A DNA stretch of 64,000 nt from a bacterium (GTDB taxonomy: Bacteria; Bacillota_I; Bacilli_A; RF39; UBA660): NCBI GenBank assembly GCA_022779465.1, contig JALFTB010000003.1:638-64637 (forward strand). Reading direction: 5' to 3'. Position numbers and translations under genes: made by a program. Of this stretch, positions 18,036 through 27,732 are shown piece by piece. The stretch's first letter is position 1. The number at the start of each line of letters is the position of its first letter. The notes under the pieces are model-generated. The model was not told where the DNA came from, ran no database searches, and saw only the letters and a program-made list of their open reading frames with translations.

Positions 18036-20006
18036 ATGGCAAGTAATAATAGTTATAAATCATTTAATGATAGTAACAACCATAATAAAATAAATGGATA
18101 TAATAATCCATATGATAACAATTATTATGACGATCGACCATTAATTCAAGATGACGATGATGACTTCGAAGAATATGATGACTATGATGAAAAAGAGCCA
18201 TCTTATCAAGAAGGATATGAAGAAGAACCAAACTATGGATCAGAATCCATAGAAACAGATGGAGAAGATCAAGGTGGAACTGGTTTAGAAAATGAAAATA
18301 AGGGTGAAAATTCTAATGAACCTCAAACCCTAAAAGAAAAATATGATGCGGCAAAACAAAAATATGAAGACACCAAAGAAAAAGCTCATCAAACTGCCGA
18401 AAACATTAAAAACGCTCCTCAAAATATCAAAAATAAAGCCAATGAAGTAGCAGCCAATGTTAAAAATGCTCCTGAAAATGTTAGAAATCGTTTAAATCAA
18501 GCAAAAACAAATATCCAAAACGCTCCTCAAAACATTAAAAACGGAATAAAAAATGCTCCTCAAAAAGCAAAGGAAGGAGCTATTAACCAAGTTAATAAAG
18601 CTAAAGAATCGTTTAATAAAAAAATTAAAGCTAAAAAAGAAGATGCTAAAAAGAAAATTAAAAAAATAAAAGCATCTATAAAAGTTTTAGGTGCGGTTGG
18701 TGGTCTTCTTTTAGGTTTTGCAGCCTTAATGATTCCCGTTCTTGTAGTAGCTGCTTTATATGAAGCCCTATTTGGATTAACTGGTAGTAAAGCAAACGCC
18801 GGACATACCAGTGCTAATATAAAATACTCTAGAGAAGAAATAGAAAAATCTTTATTATACGTTGGAGATTCACGAATGGTTGGTATGAAAACATCTCTAA
18901 ATGATTCTAATATTCATTTTATTGCTCAAGAAAGTATGGGCTATGATTGGTTAGTTAAACAAAAAGAAAATATTGAAAATACTATTAAGAATAATAAAAT
19001 ATCTTTTATTGTTTTCAATTTAGGTGTCAATGACTTATCTTCTATTGACTCATATTTGAATTTTTATAATACATATTTAAATTCAAATGATGATGGAGTT
19101 TATTATTTCTTTTTATCAGTAAATCCAGTTGATGAAACTAAAGCAAAATCATATGGTTACACAGTTAAAAATGCTAATATAATACCATTTAACAATAAAT
19201 TAAAAGCAGCAGTAGGCGACAAATATATAGATTCTTACACACAAATAAAAGATTATTTATACACTCAAGAAGATGGGATACATTATCAAGATATAACTAA
19301 TCAACAAATTCACTATATTGTTATTAACTATATTATGAATAACGTTACTAAAATGGGAAATTACTCATTATTAGATGATTATCCTAATGGAATAGAAAAT
19401 ACTGAATTATTAACAATTCCTATCACAGAAGCTCTTGGAGAAGACGGTTTTAAAAGTTTAGAAGAATCAATTTCTGCCGCAATAAATAAAGCTGGGAAAT
19501 GCACTAAACAAGCGGCTGCTGCTGCCGGAGTTACATTAGCGTATAATCTATATCAAAGAGGTTATCGAATTCCATATTATTGGGGAGGAGAACATAGTGG
19601 TAATTATGTTATATTAAACCCTGATTATGGAAAAAAATATGGTACCTCTTGCTCGCCAACCACATGTTATAACATTTTCGGATTTGACTGTTCAGGTTTT
19701 ACTTCTTGGGCTTATAGTATTGTGGCAAATGCACCAGTAGCCGGAGGAACATCAACCTTTTTAAATCTTGGTGAAAAAATTAGTTTTGAAAATGCCGAAA
19801 CAGGTGATTATTTAGTAAACGATGGTCATATAATTATGATAATTGAAAATAAAGGTAGTTATTTAGTAACATTAGAGTCTACTGGAACATATAACGGAGT
19901 AAATAATGGTCTAATATTCAGTACTAAAACGCCGGCTCAAATATCAGCTAGTCATTACAGGATAAAGACAATTCAATCCTATTTAGATAAGGTGTGCTCA
20001 TGGTAA
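18036..20006 (+). CDS. Membrane protein with acidic/repeat N-tail, SGNH hydrolase domain and C-terminal NlpC/P60 peptidase
   Basis: YVGDSR, NLGVND and DGIHY (SGNH blocks); PYYWGG, GFDCSGF and GHI (NlpC/P60); central TM region. Confidence 0.85.
   Translation: MASNNSYKSFNDSNNHNKINGYNNPYDNNYYDDRPLIQDDDDDFEEYDDYDEKEPSYQEGYEEEPNYGSESIETDGEDQGGTGLENENKGENSNEPQTLKEKYDAAKQKYEDTKEKAHQTAENIKNAPQNIKNKANEVAANVKNAPENVRNRLNQAKTNIQNAPQNIKNGIKNAPQKAKEGAINQVNKAKESFNKKIKAKKEDAKKKIKKIKASIKVLGAVGGLLLGFAALMIPVLVVAALYEALFGLTGSKANAGHTSANIKYSREEIEKSLLYVGDSRMVGMKTSLNDSNIHFIAQESMGYDWLVKQKENIENTIKNNKISFIVFNLGVNDLSSIDSYLNFYNTYLNSNDDGVYYFFLSVNPVDETKAKSYGYTVKNANIIPFNNKLKAAVGDKYIDSYTQIKDYLYTQEDGIHYQDITNQQIHYIVINYIMNNVTKMGNYSLLDDYPNGIENTELLTIPITEALGEDGFKSLEESISAAINKAGKCTKQAAAAAGVTLAYNLYQRGYRIPYYWGGEHSGNYVILNPDYGKKYGTSCSPTTCYNIFGFDCSGFTSWAYSIVANAPVAGGTSTFLNLGEKISFENAETGDYLVNDGHIIMIIENKGSYLVTLESTGTYNGVNNGLIFSTKTPAQISASHYRIKTIQSYLDKVCSW
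18400..18570 (+). repeat. Intragenic NIKNAPQ-type repeats (4 copies)
   Basis: AA(C/T)GCTCCT(C/G)AAAA recurs four times, encoding NIKNAPQ, NVKNAPE, NIQNAPQ and GIKNAPQ. Confidence 0.85.
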
Positions 20007-20746
20007 AAAAAATAATTTTAATAATTTTAACAACACTATTATTATGTGGTTGTGAAGCAAAATATACATTATATATAAATTCAAATGAAATAAAAGATGA
20101 ATTATCTCTTAAAGGTAATGGTAAAATCCAATCATATGAAGAAATACCTACTGAAAGTGAACTTCAGAATACAATTAAAGTTTCTAACATCATAGTAGAT
20201 AAAAGAAAAAAAGATAATTCAGAATATACCGATATAGATCAAAATCTATATAAAAATTTGGAAGTATATAATAAAGATTTTAAAAAATTGGACGAAGGTT
20301 ATTATGAACTTGATTTTAATTATCAATTTAAAACAATTTCAGAATATAAATACAGTGAATTAACTGAATTATTAGGTGATCAAAATTTTTATGAAAATAA
20401 TGAAAACACATTAACTATAAATAGTAGCTGTAATAATTGGTATGTTTTTAAAAGATATACTCAATTAGATATTATTTATTTTAAAATTGTAACTGATTAT
20501 AAAGTGATTCAAAATAATGCTGATACCGTAAATGGTAATGAATATACATGGGTAATTAGAAAAGATAATTATGGTATTAAAGAAATTATTATAAAACTAG
20601 ATCAAACTAAAAAGATTACTGACAATCAAAGATTATCATCATCTGAATCAAATAAAGTAATTAATAAAGTTCTTATCGCAATTGGTGGTATCGTAGTCCT
20701 TGGAGCCTTAATAATTGGTATTAAAGTATTAAAATCTAATAAATAA
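19994..20746 (+). CDS. Putative lipoprotein with C-terminal TM
   Basis: Lipobox LLCGC, NNAD.VNGNEYTW motif and a C-terminal hydrophobic helix. Confidence 0.7.
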   Translation: MLMVKKIILIILTTLLLCGCEAKYTLYINSNEIKDELSLKGNGKIQSYEEIPTESELQNTIKVSNIIVDKRKKDNSEYTDIDQNLYKNLEVYNKDFKKLDEGYYELDFNYQFKTISEYKYSELTELLGDQNFYENNENTLTINSSCNNWYVFKRYTQLDIIYFKIVTDYKVIQNNADTVNGNEYTWVIRKDNYGIKEIIIKLDQTKKITDNQRLSSSESNKVINKVLIAIGGIVVLGALIIGIKVLKSNK

Positions 20747-20800
20747 TTATAGAAAAATTATTTATTCTATTATATAATCAATAAATGAAGGAGTGATATT

Positions 20801-23230
20801 ATGAAATTTAAAGTAACTGCTAAAGACTTTACTATCTTTATAATCTTTTGCGTTGTATTATTTATATTTTCATCATTAGCAGTCATAAATATTTCATCAC
20901 TTTTATCAACTGGAAAATTTTATGGTTTTAACTTTTTTGCTGGATTAGGGCCATCTTATATAGTTCCAACTTTAATATTATTTTTCGCTGTTTTAGTTGG
21001 CGTATTTATGAGTGTATCATCAACTATCTTTGAACATGAAAAAGGCTCTGGTATAGGTCTTAAATTTGGTGAAAAAGATGAAAAAGGTTATAGTCGTTGG
21101 GCTAAACCAGACGAAATAAAAAAATCTGAAGGAGTTGAAAAAGTATTAATTAAAGATCAAGATATTAAAGCAGCTGGTATTCCTTTAATTAATAATGGTA
21201 AAGAAATATGGGTAGATAATGGCGATTATCATACACTAGTTATTGGTGCTACCGGTTCTGGTAAAACTAAATGTTTAGTAGACCCTCAAGTTCAAACTTT
21301 AGCTCGTAAGGGCGAAAGTATGATTTTAACTGACCCTAAAGGTGAGTTATATCGTGATCATTCAGAAATGTTACGTGCTAAAGGTTATAAAATTGTAGTT
21401 TTAAACTTCCGTGACCCTCAAATGGGAAATGCATGGAACCCTTTAACATTGCCATATCAATTATATAAAGCTGGTAATACTGATAAAGCTACTGAACTTT
21501 TAGAAGACGTAGCTTTAAATATTATTTATGATCCCGAAAATAAAAACGACCCATTCTGGGAAAAATCGGCATCAGATTTTTTTTGTGCCTTAGCTTTAGG
21601 TTTATTTGAAGATGCTAAAGAAGAACAAATAAATTTAAATTCAATTAACTATATGTCAAGTGTTGGTGAGGATAGTTTTGCGACATCAAACTTTACTAAA
21701 GAATATTTTACTTTAAAAGGAGAAAAACATCCGGCTTATATCTTCGCATCAAACACAATTAATGCACCAACTGATACTAAAGGATCAATTCTTTCTGTAT
21801 TTAGACAAAAAATCAGACTATTTGCCCGTGGTGGAGAACTATCAGAAATGCTTTCTTATAGTGACTTCAACATGAGAGAAATAGGTACTCAAAAAACCGC
21901 AATCTTCATGATCATTCATGATGAAAAAACAACGTATCATGCTTTAGCAACAATCTTCTTAAAACAAGCATATGAAACATTAATTGATGTTGCACAACAT
22001 TGTCCAAAAGGTAAATTACCATTTAGAACTAATTTCATCTTAGATGAGTTTGCAAATATGCCACCATTAAAAGATGTTACAACCATGGTTACAGCAGCTC
22101 GTTCAAGAGCTATTAGATTTACCTTTATTATTCAGAACTTTGCTCAATTAAATGATGTATACGGTAAAGAAACTGCTGAAACAATTCGAAGTAACTGTGG
22201 AAATCTTATTTACTTAATGACTACTGAATTATCAGCTTTAGAAGAAATTAGTAAATTATGTGGAGAAGTTAAATCAAAAGAAAAAGATAAAACTGCATCA
22301 ACTCCATTAATTACTGTATCAGACTTACAAAAACTTAAGTTATTTGAAGTAGTTATTCTAAGAAGTAGAGAAAATCCATTTAGAACTAAATTAACTCCAA
22401 GTTTTGAAATAGATTGGGGTACTCAAGGCTATGGCGAAGGTAAGTTAGTTAGCCGTGAAAAAAGAGAAATTGACCAATTTGATATTAAAGAATTTGTCAA
22501 AGTTAAAAAGAGAAATAAATTATTTGAAGCTTTAGACAACAACCCAGTTGGCACAGCTCCTAAAAATGAACCAGCTAATCCGACTGGTGGAGCTCCTATA
22601 TTTGAAGCAATACCTAAAGCTGAAAATAATACGGCTCCGGCATCTCCTACATCATTTACAGAACCAACAACTTATGACTTTAATGCCTTAAATCCATTTA
22701 ATATGGCTAGTCCAGTAAATGAAGTAAAAGAAGAAAAAGAAGCATCAGATACAAAGAACGATAATTTAAATACATTATTTGGAAAATTGTCACCAGTCGA
22801 AGAACCATCTCATGATGATTCAAATACAATTACCGCAATTAAACCAACTCAAAATACTGAATTAACTTCAAAATTTGATATCGATAGTTTAATTAAAAGA
22901 ATAGATGCCAAAATTGCTGAAAAAGAAGCAAGCATGCAAAAAGAAGGGAAGACAACCAATGTTCCTCCAATAGAATCTATTCCAACTATTGAACCACCAA
23001 AACAAGATGAAGAATATGAAAATTTAGAAGAAGTATCTCAATCTGATGATTATGACAAATTAGACGCTACCATAGTTGAAAGATTTGATGATTTTATGAA
23101 AAGTACTGATGATAAGAAAGAAACTAAACCATCAGAACCCGTAATTAACATTGATAATGATAGCTTAGTAGTAGGCGATGTTACTGATGATGAATTCTAT
23201 GATGACTTCTTTCATGATGACAATGAATAG
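20801..23230 (+). CDS. virD4: VirD4/TraG type IV coupling protein with long acidic C-terminal tail
   Basis: Two N-terminal TMs, HTLVIGATGSGKT, TDPKGEL, WNPL, DPFW, FILDEFAN, ARSR and QL..YG..AETI..NC. Confidence 0.93.
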   Translation: MKFKVTAKDFTIFIIFCVVLFIFSSLAVINISSLLSTGKFYGFNFFAGLGPSYIVPTLILFFAVLVGVFMSVSSTIFEHEKGSGIGLKFGEKDEKGYSRWAKPDEIKKSEGVEKVLIKDQDIKAAGIPLINNGKEIWVDNGDYHTLVIGATGSGKTKCLVDPQVQTLARKGESMILTDPKGELYRDHSEMLRAKGYKIVVLNFRDPQMGNAWNPLTLPYQLYKAGNTDKATELLEDVALNIIYDPENKNDPFWEKSASDFFCALALGLFEDAKEEQINLNSINYMSSVGEDSFATSNFTKEYFTLKGEKHPAYIFASNTINAPTDTKGSILSVFRQKIRLFARGGELSEMLSYSDFNMREIGTQKTAIFMIIHDEKTTYHALATIFLKQAYETLIDVAQHCPKGKLPFRTNFILDEFANMPPLKDVTTMVTAARSRAIRFTFIIQNFAQLNDVYGKETAETIRSNCGNLIYLMTTELSALEEISKLCGEVKSKEKDKTASTPLITVSDLQKLKLFEVVILRSRENPFRTKLTPSFEIDWGTQGYGEGKLVSREKREIDQFDIKEFVKVKKRNKLFEALDNNPVGTAPKNEPANPTGGAPIFEAIPKAENNTAPASPTSFTEPTTYDFNALNPFNMASPVNEVKEEKEASDTKNDNLNTLFGKLSPVEEPSHDDSNTITAIKPTQNTELTSKFDIDSLIKRIDAKIAEKEASMQKEGKTTNVPPIESIPTIEPPKQDEEYENLEEVSQSDDYDKLDATIVERFDDFMKSTDDKKETKPSEPVINIDNDSLVVGDVTDDEFYDDFFHDDNE

Positions 23231-23256
23231 AAAAATTGCAAAAATGCAATTTTTTT
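23231..23256 (+). terminator. Intrinsic terminator ending the T4SS cluster
   Basis: AAAAATTGCA-aaaa-TGCAATTTTT hairpin plus Ts. Confidence 0.75.
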
Positions 23257-23423
23257 GTTTAATTATATATTGTATTTGGTAAATTCATCTGCTATAATTT
23301 AATTGACAACTAAGGATATTAGTTGTTATGTCAATATCAAAACAGCTAGTGTTTATGTAACTGTTTATCATCTTTTAGGAAAATTACCCTACAAGCTTAT
23401 ATTTATTATGAATATACTATAAT

Positions 23424-23636
23424 ATGAAAACAATTTATAGGAAGGATTATCAGAACGACGGTGTTCTAATTAATTTAGATACCCAGTTCATACCATTTGA
23501 TAATCTGTTAAATAATCATAATAAATATTTAAATAAAAATAATAAATATTATTTTTATTGTAAGACGGGTAAAAAAGCTAAAAAAGTGGCATCTATTCTA
23601 GAAGCATATGGATATAACACTACACTAGTGCTGTAA
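23424..23636 (+). CDS. Minimal rhodanese-like protein
   Basis: IPFDNL...LNKNNKYYFYCKTGKKAKKVASILEAYGY (active-site Cys loop); lacks the usual IDVR...GHI segment. Confidence 0.6.
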   Translation: MKTIYRKDYQNDGVLINLDTQFIPFDNLLNNHNKYLNKNNKYYFYCKTGKKAKKVASILEAYGYNTTLVL

Positions 23637-23680
23637 AAAAAGGACTTTTAATTAAGTCCTTTTTGTTTTATAATAAAAAC

Positions 23681-24268
23681 ATGAATATATTAGAATTTAT
23701 TGATACAATTGTAACTAATTTAATGAACGACATCGGAGCATTTGCTCCTATTTTAGCGGGTCTTCTTATTATAATAGAATCAATTCTTCCCATCTTACCA
23801 CTTGCTTTATTTATTACCATAAATTTTTATTATATGGGATCTTTAGTAGGATTCTTAGTAAGTTGGATTTTAACTATAGTAGGTTGTTATTTATCATATC
23901 GATTATGTCGTAATAAATTAAAATCACACTTTGATAACATGTTAGATAAAAAAGAACATAAAAAATTACATCGTTTAATGAGGAGAATCGATAAACTATC
24001 ATTAGAACAATTAACAATTTTAATTGCCATTCCTTTTACACCAGCCTTTATGGTTAATATTGCTGCTGGCTTATCAAATATGAATACTAAAAAATATCTT
24101 ATCTCAATTATTATAGGTAAAATCTTTTTAGTATATTTCTGGGGATTTATTGGTACTAGTTTAATTGAAAGTATCTCTAATCCTAAAGTATTAATTGAAA
24201 TTGGTATAATGATGCTTGTTGCCTTCATTTTAAGTAAAATAGTAAATAAAAAATATAGAATAGAGTAG
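23681..24268 (+). CDS. TVP38/TMEM64 (DedA/VTT) membrane protein
   Basis: IESILPILP, GFLVSW..TIVG and IPFTPAFMVNIAAGLS motifs. Confidence 0.88.
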   Translation: MNILEFIDTIVTNLMNDIGAFAPILAGLLIIIESILPILPLALFITINFYYMGSLVGFLVSWILTIVGCYLSYRLCRNKLKSHFDNMLDKKEHKKLHRLMRRIDKLSLEQLTILIAIPFTPAFMVNIAAGLSNMNTKKYLISIIIGKIFLVYFWGFIGTSLIESISNPKVLIEIGIMMLVAFILSKIVNKKYRIE

Positions 24269-24275
24269 GGATTTT

Positions 24276-25352
24276 ATGGAAATATTAGAATATATAATTT
24301 TAGGACTTTTAGTAATAGTAATCATTCTTTTAATTGTCTTATTATCAAAAAAGACTAATAATGATGATATAACCGAAAAACTAGGAAAATTTGAAACTGA
24401 CTTAATTAGATCACTAGGTGACTTTAAATATGAATTTAGTAAAAATATTGAAAAAGACTTTAAAGAAACTAATGAAGTAATTGAAAAACGCTTAAATTAT
24501 ATTAATGATAAAGTCAATGAAAGATTAGATTCTAACTTTGAAAAAACCAATAAAACTTTTTCATCTATTTTAGAAAGAATCAGTAAAATTGATGAAGCTC
24601 AAAAGAAAATCGATGGCTTATCAAATGATATTATTGGTCTTCAATCAGTCTTAACTGATAAAAAAACTAGAGGTATCTTTGGTGAAACTAACTTAAATTA
24701 TATCTTTAATAGTGTCTTTGGTATTAATGATAAAATTTATAAAACTCAAGTAACTATGTCTAATGGCTACATTGCTGATGCCATTCTTTATGCTCCAGAA
24801 CCACTTGGAACAATTGCTATTGATTCAAAATTCCCATTAGAGCATTATCAAATTATGACAGATCAAAAGAAAGATAAATTAGAAAGAGAACTAGCCACTA
24901 AAGCATTTAAACAAGATGTTAAAAAACATATTGATGCCATTAAAAATAAATATATCATTCCCGGTGAAACCGCTAGTGAAGCTATTATGTTCTTACCAGC
25001 TGAAGCTATCTTTGCCGAAATAAATGCTTATCATCCTGATTTAATTGAATACTCTTATAAATCAAAAGTCTGGATTTGTAGTCCAACAACTTTAATGAGT
25101 ACTTTAACCATTATAAGTATGATTCTAAAAAATATTGAAAGAGATAAATACGCTAAAGTTATTCATGAAGAATTAACTAAATTAGGAGTTGAATTCTCTC
25201 GTTACCGTGAACGTTGGGATAAATTATCAAGAAGCATCAATACAGTCTCTAAAGACGTTGAAGATATTCATACTACAACTGAAAAAATAACCAAACGTTT
25301 TGTTTCTATCAGTAACGTTAACTTAATTCCGGAGGATATCAATGACAAATAA
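24276..25352 (+). CDS. rmuC: DNA recombination protein RmuC
   Basis: KKTRGIFGE, IDSKFP, KYIIPGET, AIMFLPAEAIFAEI and SPTTL. Confidence 0.92.
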   Translation: MEILEYIILGLLVIVIILLIVLLSKKTNNDDITEKLGKFETDLIRSLGDFKYEFSKNIEKDFKETNEVIEKRLNYINDKVNERLDSNFEKTNKTFSSILERISKIDEAQKKIDGLSNDIIGLQSVLTDKKTRGIFGETNLNYIFNSVFGINDKIYKTQVTMSNGYIADAILYAPEPLGTIAIDSKFPLEHYQIMTDQKKDKLERELATKAFKQDVKKHIDAIKNKYIIPGETASEAIMFLPAEAIFAEINAYHPDLIEYSYKSKVWICSPTTLMSTLTIISMILKNIERDKYAKVIHEELTKLGVEFSRYRERWDKLSRSINTVSKDVEDIHTTTEKITKRFVSISNVNLIPEDINDK

Positions 25353-26946
25353 AGACTTATTAGAAAAAGCTGCCATTGGTTATCACCACCTATTAGAGTT
25401 TACTAAAGATCATGATACTAAACATTTACCATATTTAAAAACTTACTATGAACAAATAGTAACCTTTATGCTTTTATGTTACTACCAAAGTAATATAGAT
25501 ATTGTTGATATTAAAAATAAACAAACTCTAGAAGAAGTATTTACTATGAAATCATTTGAAAGAGTAAATAGTGGTTATAGTTATGAAAATAGTAAATATA
25601 TGGAATATGGGATTGGTATCGTTACTGAAAATACCGACATTCCTTATGAAACTCAAGTTAGATATATCCGTAACGCCTTAGCTCATAAAAGTTTCGACAT
25701 CACTGAAGATGGTAACTTTCATATTAAAACTCCTTACTATGAAGCATTTATTGATCCTAAATGGTTAGAGGCTTTATTATTTAGTGTTCTATCAGACACT
25801 AGAAGTGATTTTAAAAAAGGCATGAGTGAAAGTGTAACTTTTAACTATCGCTCAGATAAACCTCTTATTCCTAGTGATTTTCGTTCTTATATTGCTAAAG
25901 GCTATATTAGTTTAATTGATATTGAACTAGGAACTGGAAGTAAAGATAAAGTTAAACAAGCTTTAGGGTTAAGAGAAGATGCTCCTATTGAAGAATTTAA
26001 TGATATTTATCAGTTAATGAGACAAGTTATTTTACAAGGTTTAAATGATCGTATAACTGATCAAGATGGACCAGAAGAACATATAACTAAAATTAAGAAG
26101 TTCATTAAAGACCTAAATAAAGACCTAGATGGCGCAATTATTTTATCTCATAGACATTTAGATTATAAAGACTTTGAAGACCTCATAAACAGTCCTTTAT
26201 TTGCTAAATTAAAGACATATGATGATCAAGTAAGACATATGTATAACCATTACATAACCTCTAAAAATGAAGATGTAAATAATACTTTATCATATTGTTG
26301 TTTAAAACATGTTTTATTTAAAATTTACAATAATGAAGAATTAACTCCAGAAGATTATCTATACTTAGAAGAATCTCTTGGATTTATTGTTAAAGCATAT
26401 GGCAACTTAGTAGTTAACAATATTTGTTCAACTGCCGACTTTAGAGAAAATAGTTACCTGGTTGGTAAATTATTTAAACAAGATATGAATATTGATTTTG
26501 GTTATGCTAAAAACTATTATAAAGAAGCCATTAAACAATTAATTACATCATTAGAACAAATTAAAGAATATCCTCATGATGAAGAAATATCAGACCAAGA
26601 AAAGTCAATTAAATACACATTAAATAGATATAATCGTAGGCTATATCAAATAAGTCAAGGTGTTTATCCATCATTTCATATTCAAATGCGAAATATGTTA
26701 GCTCATGGGTATTTAAAATGTCATCAAGATCAAATTCATTTATATGAAAAAGCTAAAGCTATAACTATTCCTAGATATTCTAGTAAAAAAAAGAAATGGA
26801 ATACTAAAGACTTAAAAACACCCGTTATTTATAATGTTGATATGTCCCTAGAAACTTATAATAATATGTTAACGTCTTTAAGCTTAAAGTACGGAATTGA
26901 TCCACTAAAAACAGTTGATTTTAGTAAGTCAGATTTCCAAATGTAA
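25342..26946 (+). CDS. Hypothetical protein with two HEPN-like RNxxxH motifs
   Basis: IRNALAH near aa 110 and MRNMLAHG near aa 450. Confidence 0.65.
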   Translation: MTNKDLLEKAAIGYHHLLEFTKDHDTKHLPYLKTYYEQIVTFMLLCYYQSNIDIVDIKNKQTLEEVFTMKSFERVNSGYSYENSKYMEYGIGIVTENTDIPYETQVRYIRNALAHKSFDITEDGNFHIKTPYYEAFIDPKWLEALLFSVLSDTRSDFKKGMSESVTFNYRSDKPLIPSDFRSYIAKGYISLIDIELGTGSKDKVKQALGLREDAPIEEFNDIYQLMRQVILQGLNDRITDQDGPEEHITKIKKFIKDLNKDLDGAIILSHRHLDYKDFEDLINSPLFAKLKTYDDQVRHMYNHYITSKNEDVNNTLSYCCLKHVLFKIYNNEELTPEDYLYLEESLGFIVKAYGNLVVNNICSTADFRENSYLVGKLFKQDMNIDFGYAKNYYKEAIKQLITSLEQIKEYPHDEEISDQEKSIKYTLNRYNRRLYQISQGVYPSFHIQMRNMLAHGYLKCHQDQIHLYEKAKAITIPRYSSKKKKWNTKDLKTPVIYNVDMSLETYNNMLTSLSLKYGIDPLKTVDFSKSDFQM

Positions 26947-27030
26947 TATAAATTTAATGTAAAATCCACTTATTACCAAAACTTAAGTGGTTTTCTTATG
27001 TTATAATCTAAGTATAAGGTGGTATATCAT

Positions 27031-27732
27031 ATGGAATTTATAGAATTAAAAGATGTTTATAAAGTATATAAAAATGGTGTAACAGGCTTAGCAGGAGTTA
27101 ACCTAAAAATTAAAAAAGGTGACTTTGTTTTCATCATTGGGCACACTGCTAGTGGTAAAAGTACTTTAATTAAACTCTTATATCGTGAAGAAAAACCTAC
27201 CAAAGGTAGTGTTACAGTTGGTGGTATCAACGTAGCTAAATTAAGAAATAGTAAAATATATAAATTAAGAAGAAAAATAGGTATTGTTTTCCAAGATTAT
27301 AAACTATTACCTAAATTAACTGTTTATGAAAATGTAGCTTATCCTTTAGAAAGTTATGGTTTAAGTTCAGCTGAAATAAGACCTTTAGTTTTAGCAGCTC
27401 TAGAACAAGTTGGCTTATCTCATAAAGTTAGAAGTTTCCCTTATGAACTATCAGGTGGAGAACAACAAAGAGTATGTATTGCAAGAGCAATTGTTAATAA
27501 ACCAAAATTACTTCTTTGTGATGAACCTACTGGAAACTTAGACCCCGATACATCTAAAGAAATAATGGATGTAATCAATAAGATTAATAAAGAACTAGGA
27601 ACAACCGTTGTGATGGCTACTCATGATAAAGATATCGTAAATAGAATGAAGAAGAGAGTAGTAGTTATTAAAGATGGTTTAATAGAAGGAGATTATTTGA
27701 AAGGAAGTTATAAAGTAAATGAGAATATTTAG
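27031..27732 (+). CDS. ftsE: Cell division ABC ATPase FtsE
   Basis: GHTASGKST, LYREEKPT, RRKIGIVFQDYKLL, LSGGEQQR and DEPTGNLDP; upstream of ftsX. Confidence 0.93.
   Translation: MEFIELKDVYKVYKNGVTGLAGVNLKIKKGDFVFIIGHTASGKSTLIKLLYREEKPTKGSVTVGGINVAKLRNSKIYKLRRKIGIVFQDYKLLPKLTVYENVAYPLESYGLSSAEIRPLVLAALEQVGLSHKVRSFPYELSGGEQQRVCIARAIVNKPKLLLCDEPTGNLDPDTSKEIMDVINKINKELGTTVVMATHDKDIVNRMKKRVVVIKDGLIEGDYLKGSYKVNENI

Noticed and set aside
25342-26946. Cas13 / type VI CRISPR effector
   Set aside because: It has two RxxxxH motifs but is only 534 aa, and there is no CRISPR array or cas gene nearby; kept only as a double-HEPN candidate.
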